Source of the DNA: a virus | Direction: 5' to 3' (one strand) | Length of the DNA: 62,696 bases | IMG/VR virus record: IMGVR_UViG_3300045988_140792 | Span: 1-62,696 of that record | Shown here: positions 37,101 through 49,100 of the stretch, piece after piece | Numbering within the stretch: the stretch's first letter is position 1 | How the letters are laid out: every line of letters begins with the position of its first letter | Notes under the pieces: model-generated | The model's input: the letters and a program-made list of their open reading frames with translations, nothing else | Database searches by the model: none | What the model was told of the DNA's origin: nothing | Program-made: the position numbers and the translations under genes

Positions 37101-40100
37101 GTCCATTCTCAAAAGCACCAACAGCATTCAACTCATTTGCAATATCACGCATTCTTCTAGGTGCCTCTATAATATAAGGTATAGCCTCAGCCATTCTCTT
37201 TGCCTGAGTCTTTGGAGTTTTGCCTGTAACTGTTTCTTTGACTACATCAGCAATAGCATCAGCCTTTCTTCCTAGATAGCTAGCATTAGCCATCTTGTTA
37301 AGTTCATGCTTTACGCTATTAATAAATATAGCATCGGTTGCAGATGCACTCTCTATATTCTTTCTACGATAGATAACAGCATCATGTACACTACGAGCTG
37401 CACCTTCCTTAGTTACATCGGTGCTAGTCACCTCTGCCAAGTCCTGCATCACTCGCTGCTCCAGTGCATCAGCCTTCGGATTGGTCTCTGCCGGATAAAT
37501 CTTACCCTCATACAAGTCTAGGTCGGCATCGTTCTGCTCGTTCAGTTCGTGTCTAGTCAGCCAGTCCTCATACTTCTGTCTAGCCTCGTCCTGCTTCTGC
37601 TTCTCGAAGGAGAACATATCAGGCATAGGATTTTCCGTGTCGCCCATGGCATCGTTCCACTTCTCCCACTCCTTATAGCGGTTCATAAAGGCATCATCGC
37701 TCTCACCTTCCTTGCGCTCTGGGCGAAGTGGCATTTCCTCGCCTCTCAGTCCATGGCTATCACGCCACTCCTTGTTAAGGCGTTCCCATTCCTTCTTGCC
37801 CTCGGCATCCTTGTCGAAGTCATAGAACATCGGTGGCTCTGGGTCTTCCTTATCCTCTCGGGCTTCCTTCCATCGCTTCCATTCCATCACTCGCTTCATG
37901 TATTGGATGGTACTCTCGCCCTTCTTCTGTCTCGGCTTGCCCTTGCCAGCACCATCAGCTAGCGCATCCTTGATTTCGGCATTGCTAGCCTGTGCCATCA
38001 TAGCCTCCTGCTTCTCCTTCGGCATATTGTCCCAAACGTGCAAAGCCTTACCTGCCTTCATCAGATAATATCTCAAATCCTTATCATTGAGCAAACCAGG
38101 AACACGGATGCCCAATTTCTTAAGCACCTTGATGAGATAATGCTTTATCTTAGTCCAAAGAGAAAAGTCCTCCGCTGTAGTTGGACCCTCCTCTGCAAGA
38201 TGGGCAATATACTCCTGCGTACCTACATTGATGCGGTCAGGATTGCTCCAACCTGGATCATACTTGTTGGCGAAGTCGAGAATCTTGCCCCTCGTCTTCT
38301 TATCTACAGACTTATATACGAAGTCCGCAAACTTTCTCACGCCCTGCTCACCACCAAGCAGCACTTCCATACCCTCATGTCCTATCTTCTCATGGAAGAC
38401 GGTTCTCTGAGCCTCATCGGCATCAGCACAGTTAGGCAGATAAACATGAACCGTGTGAGTAGTAGGGTCATACCATCCGGTAGCCCCATTCTTCACATCA
38501 CTCAGATAAGCATCCGGCACCTCATCTACAGAAGTATAAACCGTAGCCTCAGCACCACCCAGTTTGTTGGCAGTGTTCACTACCCGGTCGCTCACTTGTT
38601 TCTGCTTGTCTGCATCCCAGGTATTCTTAAAGATAGAGCTGCCAAGTCGTGCCAGTACATTTCTACCGGATAAGTCATCCTTATTCAGCAGAGGAGCAAT
38701 CACGCCCTTGGTCAACTGCACCGGAATACCATTGCCAATGATGGTATGCGCCAAAGATTCCGTCTTAGGCAACAGATAGTCATCGCCCAGTCCGGTAATC
38801 CTAGCCAATACCCTGCCATCAGCACGCAACACCTTTCCACCCGGCATGATGATTACGTCTCCGCTTTTAGTTCTCAACGTTGGCAGAATCTCATCACCAT
38901 AGGCATGAGGTATCTTTCCATCGGCATAGGCACTGCCCATTACATAAAGAGGCTTCTCCACCTTCTGCCAGTCGATTCCGTCAGCCTTCAGTCTGGCATC
39001 CATCCATGGTGCCACACCGTTTTTCTTCTCCGTCAGGGTAGGAAGAATATCCTCCACAGCCTCTAGCCATCCACCCTTGCGTGGTTGCTTCTTAGGCTTC
39101 TCCGGCAGTTCTCCGTCCTTCACGGCTCTAACAATCAGTCGCTCCCTGCTGGTATAACCACCAAAATCTGCGGCATTATAAACGTCAGCATCCCATTTGT
39201 AGCCGTTCTTATCCAGTGCCTGGGTGATAATCTTCATCGCCTCAGAGTCCTTGTAACCCTTCACGTTCTCGATAGTCACCACTCGCGGTTTCACGGCATC
39301 AATGAAGTCGGCAGTACTCTTGGCAGTCTCCTTGTCAAGCTCCACCTCGCCCCCATTGCTCTTAGCCTGAGAGTAGTTCTTGCATACAGGCGAAGCATGG
39401 AAATACTCCACCTCGCCATCAATATGCTTCACCAGTTCCTTAGGGTCCACGTCTCTCACGTCAGCCGTAACAATATGCTGTCCGAAGTTGTTGCGATACA
39501 CACCGCTTATCTTCCGGTCATACTCCACAGCCACCACTGGGTCGATGATGCCCTTCAATCCCTCTTCTACCAGTCCACCACCACTAAAGTAGGTGCCGGC
39601 CTTCATCAGCGAATCAGGATGCTTCTGCAACTTCTGCTCCAAGATAGGAGATTTCACGATACCCTTACTGCCCCATTCCTTGAAAGCGTCCTTGGTCATT
39701 TTCACGTCCACGAACTGAGCCTGAGGAAACTCCTTCTTCAACTCGTTCATCTGAGCCAGGAACTTCTCCTTAGTCTCAGGAGCCTGCTGGCCCGACTCAT
39801 CGGTAGTAATAGGCACACCCAGTTTAACCAACTCCCTCAACTGATTAGGAGTAACCACGTTCCAAGGAATAGCCAGCCCTGTACCATCCAGCTGCTCTGC
39901 GATACTCTCAGCAACCTCAGAATCAGGAACCACTCTCACCGCCTTTCTCCAGCGAGACAACATCACCGACCTCTGTCTATCCTTCGGCAACAAACCATTG
40001 ACGGAACCCGAATGCCAAGGCACAAGTCCCACGGCATCCTTTGCACCCTCAGCACGATAGCCACTGGTCTTCTCGCTCTCCGGAATCTCCCATTCCACAA

Positions 40101-43100
40101 CCTTGATATTACCTCTGGCATAAGCCCCGGTAAACTGGTCGTTCATCATCGAAGTAGAAGTATGCATATAAGGATTGTAGGCAGCACGCACTGGCCCTTC
40201 TCCTGCCCCAGGGGTCTTGTCGGTCTTCACAAGTTGGAACTTTCCACCCTTCACAAGGTCCGGTCTCTCATCAGCCCCCATCCAGGCACCAATCTCGGTA
40301 GCATCAGTACGCTTTCCGTCAATGATAGCAGCCATAGGCGAGTAGAGCTTACCATCCACCTCCTGCATTCCGCTATACATCCGGAAAGTCTTCTCCTTAT
40401 TCAGCCTCTCCAGTTCCTCCGGCTCAGTCACTCGATGGAATCGGATTTCATTATTGCTATTGATAGCCTCATTAAAGGCACGATTACGGTCACCTTCCTT
40501 CTCCTTATCATATTCGTAAATCTGCACACCAGCATTCTGCAAAGCCTGCTTTACCTCGTTACTAGCCGTTGTTGGAACCACAGCAGAAGAGAACTCATCA
40601 AAGCCTACAGGACGTTCAAACTTGGTTTCAAAGTACATGGCTGGGTGCTCTTCCTTGATTGCCTTAACCATTTCCTTCAAACGTTTTGTGTCCTCATCCG
40701 AGAAGTCCACATTATACTCCTTCTTCAAATATGCTTGTGGGTCGCTTGTCATTGCAGCCTCAGAGAGTCTTGCCAAACCATAATCATCAAAAGTACCAGT
40801 TGCATCAGGCTGGCACTTCATGCCAAGTTCAAAGAATACATTCGACCACTTTTCTCTGAAATCATCAAATTTCTCACGGTCAGAAGTCAACAACCCTTTC
40901 TTAGAGCGAATATCCTTTAATGTCCCATAAGAAGGCATCAGTTTTGCAGCAAAGTTCTGGAAAGATACCGATGTACCAGTTGCACCATTCCGACCTTGTT
41001 TCTTCATTATCTTGGAAACATTCTCCAAGGTGTTTGGCACATATCTACGATTGCCACTAGGAGTAAAACCATCAAAGATAACCTCCTTTATGCCATATTC
41101 CTTTTCCTTACCTTCCAGCCAAGTATTGAACTCATCTGTCAGGTTATTGGTCTTAATGTAGTCTTCAACCTCATTAAGCGTAGCATTCATGTCAACGCCA
41201 GTCTTACGATGGTCATACTCTACATCACGGACGAAGGTCTGCACAGCCTTAAAGTTGAAACCATATTCATCATACAGTTCAACATTCTCCTTGGCAATGG
41301 CATATCTCATTCCACCATTAGCACCAGCATCAACGATAGACTTGTTTCTTTTCAGCCAAGCCTTGGTCTTCTCCTCATACAAATCCTTATCGCCATCAAA
41401 CTTTGCTTCAATGTACATATCCAAGACCTTCTGGGCATCAGCCTTGCCGATACCATTGATATTGAAGTTTTCAGCAGTAATAGACTTCAACTCGTTATAT
41501 GCTTCATCACTAAACTTATGCTGCATCTTCTTCGGTTCAGGAGCCACACCCTTTTCGTGAAGGAACATATAAGCCATAGCAGAGTTTTCTTCTCCACCAT
41601 CCAGCCATCGGTCAAGTCCTCTTCTTACCTCGCTATACATATCGCTAGGAACAGAACTAACATCATTAGAAGCTTTTTCAGACCCCTTATTACTCATCTG
41701 CCTCTCTACTTGCGGATAGGTAGGAGTCCAAGCATCGCCCTGCCAAGTTCCTGCGTTCTTTCCAGTTTTCTTAGCCACCTTATCAGAAGGCAATATCAGG
41801 GAAATGTCACCATAGTCATCATGGTTCTGCTTACTAGTGTCAATGACTGCCACAGATGGATTGGCAAGACCACCCTGTTTGATAGCCTTCAATAGCTTCT
41901 CTTCTGATATATTATGCACTCCGGCAAGAGTTTTTGGGTCCTCCAATGAAAACTTTTTGCCGTTTTCCTTGGTAGTTTCAAAACCTTTTATTATCTTTGC
42001 AACCGTAATAGAGTTGTTGGAATTGCGGGGAGAGGTCATAGCTACGTCTCCACTTTGACCGTCCAGCAGCTCTATTTTTGTTGCTTCATAGCTATAGAGC
42101 TTTGTTTTTTCATGTGTTCTTACATTCTCTTTCAATGTAATCTTTACACCATATACCTTGCCACCGATATTCACTGCACCATAGCAACGATGAATCATAA
42201 CATCAGGATTGATACCAAAATCTTCACTACGGTCATTTCCTACCTTATTGCGGTCAACATGCTGGATAGCATCAATACTTTCACGAAGTACTGAAGGCAA
42301 AACCTTCAATACACTCATGTGTACATCTTTGTTTGCAGTCTTCTTAACCGCCTTTTCAGACAAATACTTACCAACAGCAGTGTTACTGATATTTATCTCA
42401 CCCTTACCACCAGTTTCCTCGTTATTGTAAGTTCTGACAATATTCTTCTTAGCCCATTCTCTTGCCTCTGCATAGTTCTTAAAACCATGCTTTGCCTCTG
42501 CATTCACAATATTTACAGGAGTATTTGCAATCTCTGGAGTCACCTCAACAGCATCTTTCTTAGCAAGGCGAGACTTCAAATTACGTGGGTCCACCCCATT
42601 CGCCAAGTCTCTCAGCACAAGATTACGAATATCCTCCAAGGTCATTTTCTTAATGTCCTCAGGCTTCCACTTCGTAAATGTATCAAGAGTCCAATACCAG
42701 AACTTCTTCAACCAATTCTTCAATCGGTTGATGATAGTAAGCTCTTTAGCGGTGTCTAACGGATTTTCCTTAATGGCATCCTTCGCCATCTGTTCCAGGA
42801 TGGCAGCACCATCCTCACCAGTCAGACGAGCAAAAGCCTCATCGCAAATCTCATCATCGCTCAGATGCTTATAGTTAGGGTCCTCCTTCAAGTCGGCAAA
42901 CAGCTGGGTCTGCATGATGAGTTTATCACCATGCTCAATAAGCTCCGGATTCATGTTCTTGGCAGCAGTGCGCCAAAGATGCTGATACTCATGGATAGGT
43001 GTATTAGGATTCAGATGCTCCTGATTCAGTACTATCTCCTTGCCATCAGTGTAGCCATAAACCACACCCTTGCCCTGCGCAAACTTAGTATTACCAACGA

Positions 43101-46100
43101 TATTGGCATTGTTCTCATCGAATATCACGTAGTTGTAATCGCCTTTCTCAGCACCGCCATAGATAGTGCCAGCAGGGTACTTGATTCCAACAAATCCAGC
43201 ATCACTCAACAACTTACTAGCCGCCTCTTTAGAACCAAGCATAGAAGAAAGCTCATCATACAAGTCTTGACCTCTTACCTTACCATCAACATGACTTGGA
43301 TAAATGGTATCAATAGGTTCCTTGCCAATTCTAACCAACTCTTTATTTACCTTATTCAAATGAGATTTTTTCAGTCTATTCTCCCAATCAATGTAATCTC
43401 CATTATCGTCAGGAATATCCACATCATAAAGATAAGCAATATTATCAGGAACAGCTATTTCTTCATTCTTTTTTGCAAGAATATTGCTAAGTTCCTTCAA
43501 ATCCTCATCATCAGGGAACATTTCTAGAGCAGAAGAGAGGTCTTTTCTCATAGCATCCAATCCCTTATCTACATCTTTATGTTTATAGATATATTGTCTT
43601 ACCATATCTTTGTTATTGGCAGACAAATCTGTCACAAATTCAAAACCGCCATTATCTTTCCTTATCTTGGCACGTCTTGTGTAGTCCTCAGCAATATCCT
43701 TAGAGTTGGTAACATAACCACCCCAACCAAATGCTTGCGAACCTTCTCCCTCACCCATGTGGCTGAAATCGAACTTGTCAAAACTAGCACCAGTACCATG
43801 ATAAGTACGCAAGAATCTCACTCCAGGCTGTACAATAGCCTTCAACTGTCTGTCCAAATCCTTATATTTCGCAAACAAGGAATCAAGTTTATCTTGATAT
43901 TTCTCATGAGCCTTATCATTCAATTTACTCCAAACATCATCAGGAATATCGTTTTCAGAAGCCAGTCCATGCTCATCCATGTACTCCTTCATCAACTGAA
44001 TCTGATAATTGTTACGTTCTTGTCCGGTTGAGTTATAAGCATCCTCTGTCTCCTTAATCTGCTTCTTTAACTCGTTCCTCTTATTATTCTGTGCATCAAC
44101 CTTATAAGGGTCAAACTCGCTAGGAACATCACCTTTTACGTTTTTCACCTGCTCCTCGAAAGGCTTATTGAGGTCAAAAGCCTTGTAGTTGCCGATTCTC
44201 CAAGCGTTGGTGTAGTACTTGCGCCACTGCTCCGCCAAGCTCTTCTTCTCGAAATACTCGGGCATCTGGTTAGGGTTATCCATGTTCACGATGGCATACT
44301 GCGCATACTTATCTGGGCGATGCTCAGTTGCCCAGTCGTATGCAGCCTTAGCAGCCTTCTTCTGCTCAGGTGTCTTGATGTTGAAACGAAGCTGTGGGTC
44401 GCTCATCAGCATAGAGATAGCAAGATTATCCTGCTCTTCTGCCACCTTCTCCATCTCCTCGTTGCTTATCACCCTTACAGGTATTCCAGCCTTCTTAAGC
44501 ATAGCAGAAACGGCATCAAAAGCCACCTTCTGCGCCTCCGTCATTTCCGAAGGCTTCACCTCCTTTATATCGCGATTAAAAGAAGCAAGTGGCACAATTT
44601 TATGCACACCAACAGCCGTTAAATAGCCCTGTGCGTTAAAGCGAGGATTCAACTCATAAGCACATACATTGTCCTTATCTACCCAAGAAACACCCTGGCG
44701 ATACTTCTTTGTACCAAACCATTTCTTTTCGCTTGGATAGAGTTTATCCCCATTGATGTTAGAAGAAAGCATAGTATATCCATACTCTGGCTTGTCTTCT
44801 CTATCTTGGTGGAAATTAAGCAAACGCTCTGCAAACTTCTGCATCTTAGGCTTATCTTCCTCCGAAGGATGCACATCATTCTCGTATGTATATTCCATAT
44901 CTGAAATAAAGTCCTGATGAGCACCTTTCTTAATCATTGCATAGTCCGCAAATGGCTTAGTCTTGCGGTCGGAAGACTCTAACCACTTATCGAAGGTAGT
45001 CTTAGGTACAGAAGTAACCTTACCAAGTCCCTTCCAGCCCTTGGAGTAGTTGGCAAGATAAGCCTCTGTAGCAGCCTCCTCAGAAGGATAGCCATACATC
45101 ACCTTATGCTCGTCAAACTCACCAGTCTCTGGGGTCACCTGGTCAACAACATAAACATTACCATCAAAAGTATCAAGGTCGGCACCATCATTAATGAACA
45201 TGTCGATATGGTCACCATCCACGCCAATCTTGCCCAAAATATAGCCATAGGTGTCGTGCATGGTCACGCTCCAAGGCTTGCCCTGCTCGTCCTTACCGCT
45301 ACGTGTTGCGCCCTTCGGTGTCTCTACAGTAAAGTCATAGCCACCGAAGGACAAATGTCCCTTCTTATAGTTACCTGCCTTCTTCTGAGCCTCAGAAGGG
45401 TTAGGCTCAGTCTCGGCAATGGCATTCTTTAAACGTTCTCCGAAGGATGCTTCTTGCGGTAGATGTGCGCCTCGAACAACTGAGCCTTCGCCAGGTTCCA
45501 TGCTGCCAGTCTCTTGTCGCCCTGTGCGTCCGCTATCAGTGCTCTCTCCAGTCTCGGACTGAGAAGATGCTTCTCTGCCACTAATTTCTTCGCCTTGGCG
45601 ATTTCCTTCATCAACTCCTCTCCGTGAAGAGTCGCTACCCAGGCCACCGCCTCCTCCATATCCTTCTTCATTGCTTCTGTCATCATAATCTGCTATTTCT
45701 GGTAAAATTGATTTAACATATTCTTTATACTCACGCTCACGTTCCTCAGCCTCCAGCATACGGTCGTATTCCATGCCTTCGATGGCGTTAAGTTCGCTTT
45801 CAGTTGGCAAAGATAATGCTTTATCTTGAATATACGAATTATATTCTTCGATTTCTGCCTGTCTTTCGATGATTTCACGCTCTTTCTGGGCTTCATACCA
45901 TTCTTCCTCTGCCGAAAGTTCCTCCTCTGCTGCAGCAATTCGGTTCATAAGTGCCACGTTACGCATATCCTTCACGTTGTCGTAGGACTTGAACATATCC
46001 AGCAAGGTGTTTCTCACATCTTGGTCGGTATATCCCATATCCTGCAAGTTTACAGGAAGGTCATTGAATACTCTCACGGCAAATTCATTAACCGACATAC

Positions 46101-49100
46101 CGGTTCCTTTCTTGGCAATAAGATAATTGAACTTATTAGAATCATACCGCTTGCCAATACCAAACTTGAAATTACTCTTGCCCAACTCATATTGAAGAGA
46201 TTCCGGATTCAAACTATGTGGACTCAAAGATTCAGATACAGCCTCTTCCAAAGTCTGAGGCGTTAAGTCCATAACATCAATAGAAGCATCCTTGTATATC
46301 TCTTTGATTGACCCAAGGTCATTCTTCTTCAACGCATCAGCCACAAGAACCTTGCGCTGCTCAGAAGGAGTCAATTCTTCCATCGCCTTGGCTCTCTCCT
46401 CCTTATTCTCTGCACTATATAGAGTATTGAGCAACTTATCCTGTGCCTTCAAATCCTTTGCCGATGCAGATAGATTAGCCTGTCTAGCCTCCAACTGCGC
46501 CTTGGTAGTGTTCAATTCTTTCAACTGGTCAGCCGAATAATCAATATCACCATTCATATATTGCTCCAGGGCTTCATTAATATCATCTATCTGTGGCTGC
46601 ACCTCATCGTTCTGAATATGATAGATGCGTTTACGCTCAGAGGCAATATAATTGCTAGCCTCATCCATGGTAGGATATTGCTTCTTCAATTCTTTATTGT
46701 CAAGCACAGCCACCTCACGCTCATCCGAAGGACTGCCAACACTATCATCCACACCTGCCTTCTCGATTTCAGCCTTGCGCTCATTCTTCAAGGTTCTAGC
46801 CTCCTCTGGAGTCATAACCTCCTTGCGGATAGCATTCCAGTTCTTATAACGAGTTTCAAGGTCGGCAATCTGCTCATTAACAAGTGCCAAGTCGTTCTCC
46901 ACCTTCTGAGCCTTCTCTGGGTCCAAGTCGGCATTGAGAGATAGCCAGTCCTCATATTCAGATGCAGCCTTTCTCTTGTTATCCAACTGTTCCTTGATGT
47001 CAGAACGGCTACCACTGATAAGATTCATCAGTTTACCATGGTCATTGCCAAATTGCTCCTGTAGATACTCAGCTGCCACCTTTGGCTCTGTGTCCTTAGA
47101 CGAATAATCTGGCTGTTTCATGCCCAAGCCAACGATACCTTCATTATATCGTTGCTTCTTGTCTGCCTCAGCCTTGGCTGCATCATCGTTGGCACGCTGT
47201 ACATCCTCGGCATCCAGCTCTGCACCAATAGAGGAATCGAGTGCGTTCTGTCGCCAAGAGTTAAACTCATCCTTGGTCAGGGCGATATTGTCCTTGCCAT
47301 CAGAAAGCACAATCTTGCCATCCTCGCTATATCCTGCAAAGGTCATTTGCATAGGTTCCTCACCTGCTTCCATGGCTACCTCCACGGTGTCGCTAGGCTT
47401 CAACCCACTGCCATCATACTGGGCAAAGAACTGCTGCTGTCTAGCATTCTTCTGCTCAGTAACCTGCTGATTGATGTAATCATCAAGAGGAATAGGCGTG
47501 CCCACTTCCTTGATTTCGGCACTAGAAACCTGCTTGATGGCAGGATTTCCATCCTCATCAGGCACAACCACAAAGCCCCCACCATACTCATTGGCTTTCT
47601 TCAAGAATACCTGCTGACCAGTAGTAAGGGTAGCTGGAACGATATTTCCGTCTTCCGTCTGATAAGTCCAAAGAAGCTCCTTCAAGGCATCACCATAGCC
47701 ATCATCAGCATGTTGCAGAGCATCATAAACGCCTTTCTTGGCATCCTGTGCCTCCACATACTTACGCACGGCATCCTGTTGTGCTGGAGTCATTGAGTTG
47801 GCACGCTGAGCCACAAACTGCTCCATGTCCTTGCCATCCTCATACGCCTTCACTACAACATTCATCTGTGCCTCATCATCACCAAAGGCACGCTTCAATC
47901 TAGCCTTCGACACATCATCGTTATGGTCAATCGCTTTCAAGCCCTCAGCATCCCCATTCTGGTAGGCATTCTGTCCCATCACATAGGCATCAGATTTGCT
48001 TTCATTGGAAGCGGTATTAGCATCAGAAGGGCTGGCACCGTTCTCCATCAAAGGTGTACCCTCCACATTTGTAGGCGTTTCACCCCCAACAGGAGGCGTT
48101 GGCGGTTCTGTTGGTGGAACATCAGAAGAAACAGAAGCATCTACAGGCTTTTCAGCTGTAGCCTCAGCATTCTGAGCCGAAGCACCACCTTCTTGTGTGG
48201 CACCAGGCAGTTCACGCTGTCCCTCAATCAAGTTTTGATTCATCTGTTCCTTTGCATCGTTCATTTCTCGTTTCAGCACGATGTCGTTATAGAGCTGCTT
48301 CTGGTATTCCTCCACAAGTTTCTGTTGTTCGGCTGTGCGAGACTTTCCATCACCCTCTAGAGCCTTGCGAAGCGTACCATGCTCCACACCTTGCGAATCC
48401 TCGAAGGTGCGCACATACTCCTTCATGATAGGGCTATTCTCGAAAGCACTATCATAGAAGTGGCGATAACTGTTCACCATCTGCTGCTCTTGCTCGGTCT
48501 GTTCCATGCCCTTCTGCTGTTTCTGCATGATGTCACCGATGGCACTGGCATTCTGATGAAGATAGATTGCAGCCTTATCCTCGTCATTCAGTTGCTCACC
48601 TGCGGCATACCTATCCCTAGCTTGCTCATATACAGTGTTCAGTCTGTCCTGCAAGGCATCGGTATGGTAAGCCTTTTCATACTCAGAAGTGATATTCAGC
48701 GACTTCTCGAAGTCTAGCTTCTTCTCTGCCTTCTGAGCCTCTTCAAGCGAAGAATACTCCTTGCGGTCGATGATGCCACCATCCTTATTCAAGGTTTCGA
48801 GATATACCTTGCCATCATTATCCATTGGCTGCACAATAATAGAGTCGATAACTGGCGAGAAGGAAGAAGGGCGTTTTCCTTCCACCACAGCCATCATCTT
48901 TGCCTTCAATACCTCTGGCACGCTCTTATCGTTCATTAGGTTCATGTACTTATCAGTGAGTTGCCCCATCATCTGCACACCTTCACCATCTGCACGATAA
49001 CCATTGATGCCCAACTTCTCGAAGGCATCACGCAAATCATCATAGCCGAATCTCTTCAACTCGGCAATATCTTGGTCGTTGAAGTCAAACTTGCGGTTAA

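Noticed and set aside
39085-40920. A 611-aa plus-strand ORF, along with many other plus-strand ORFs of 100-300 aa between 34171 and 51393.
   Set aside because: All are antisense to the coherent 5,740-aa ORF. Their translations are L/H/S/R/I-rich with no motifs, and the minus-strand frame carries clear enzyme motifs. They are by-products of codon bias.
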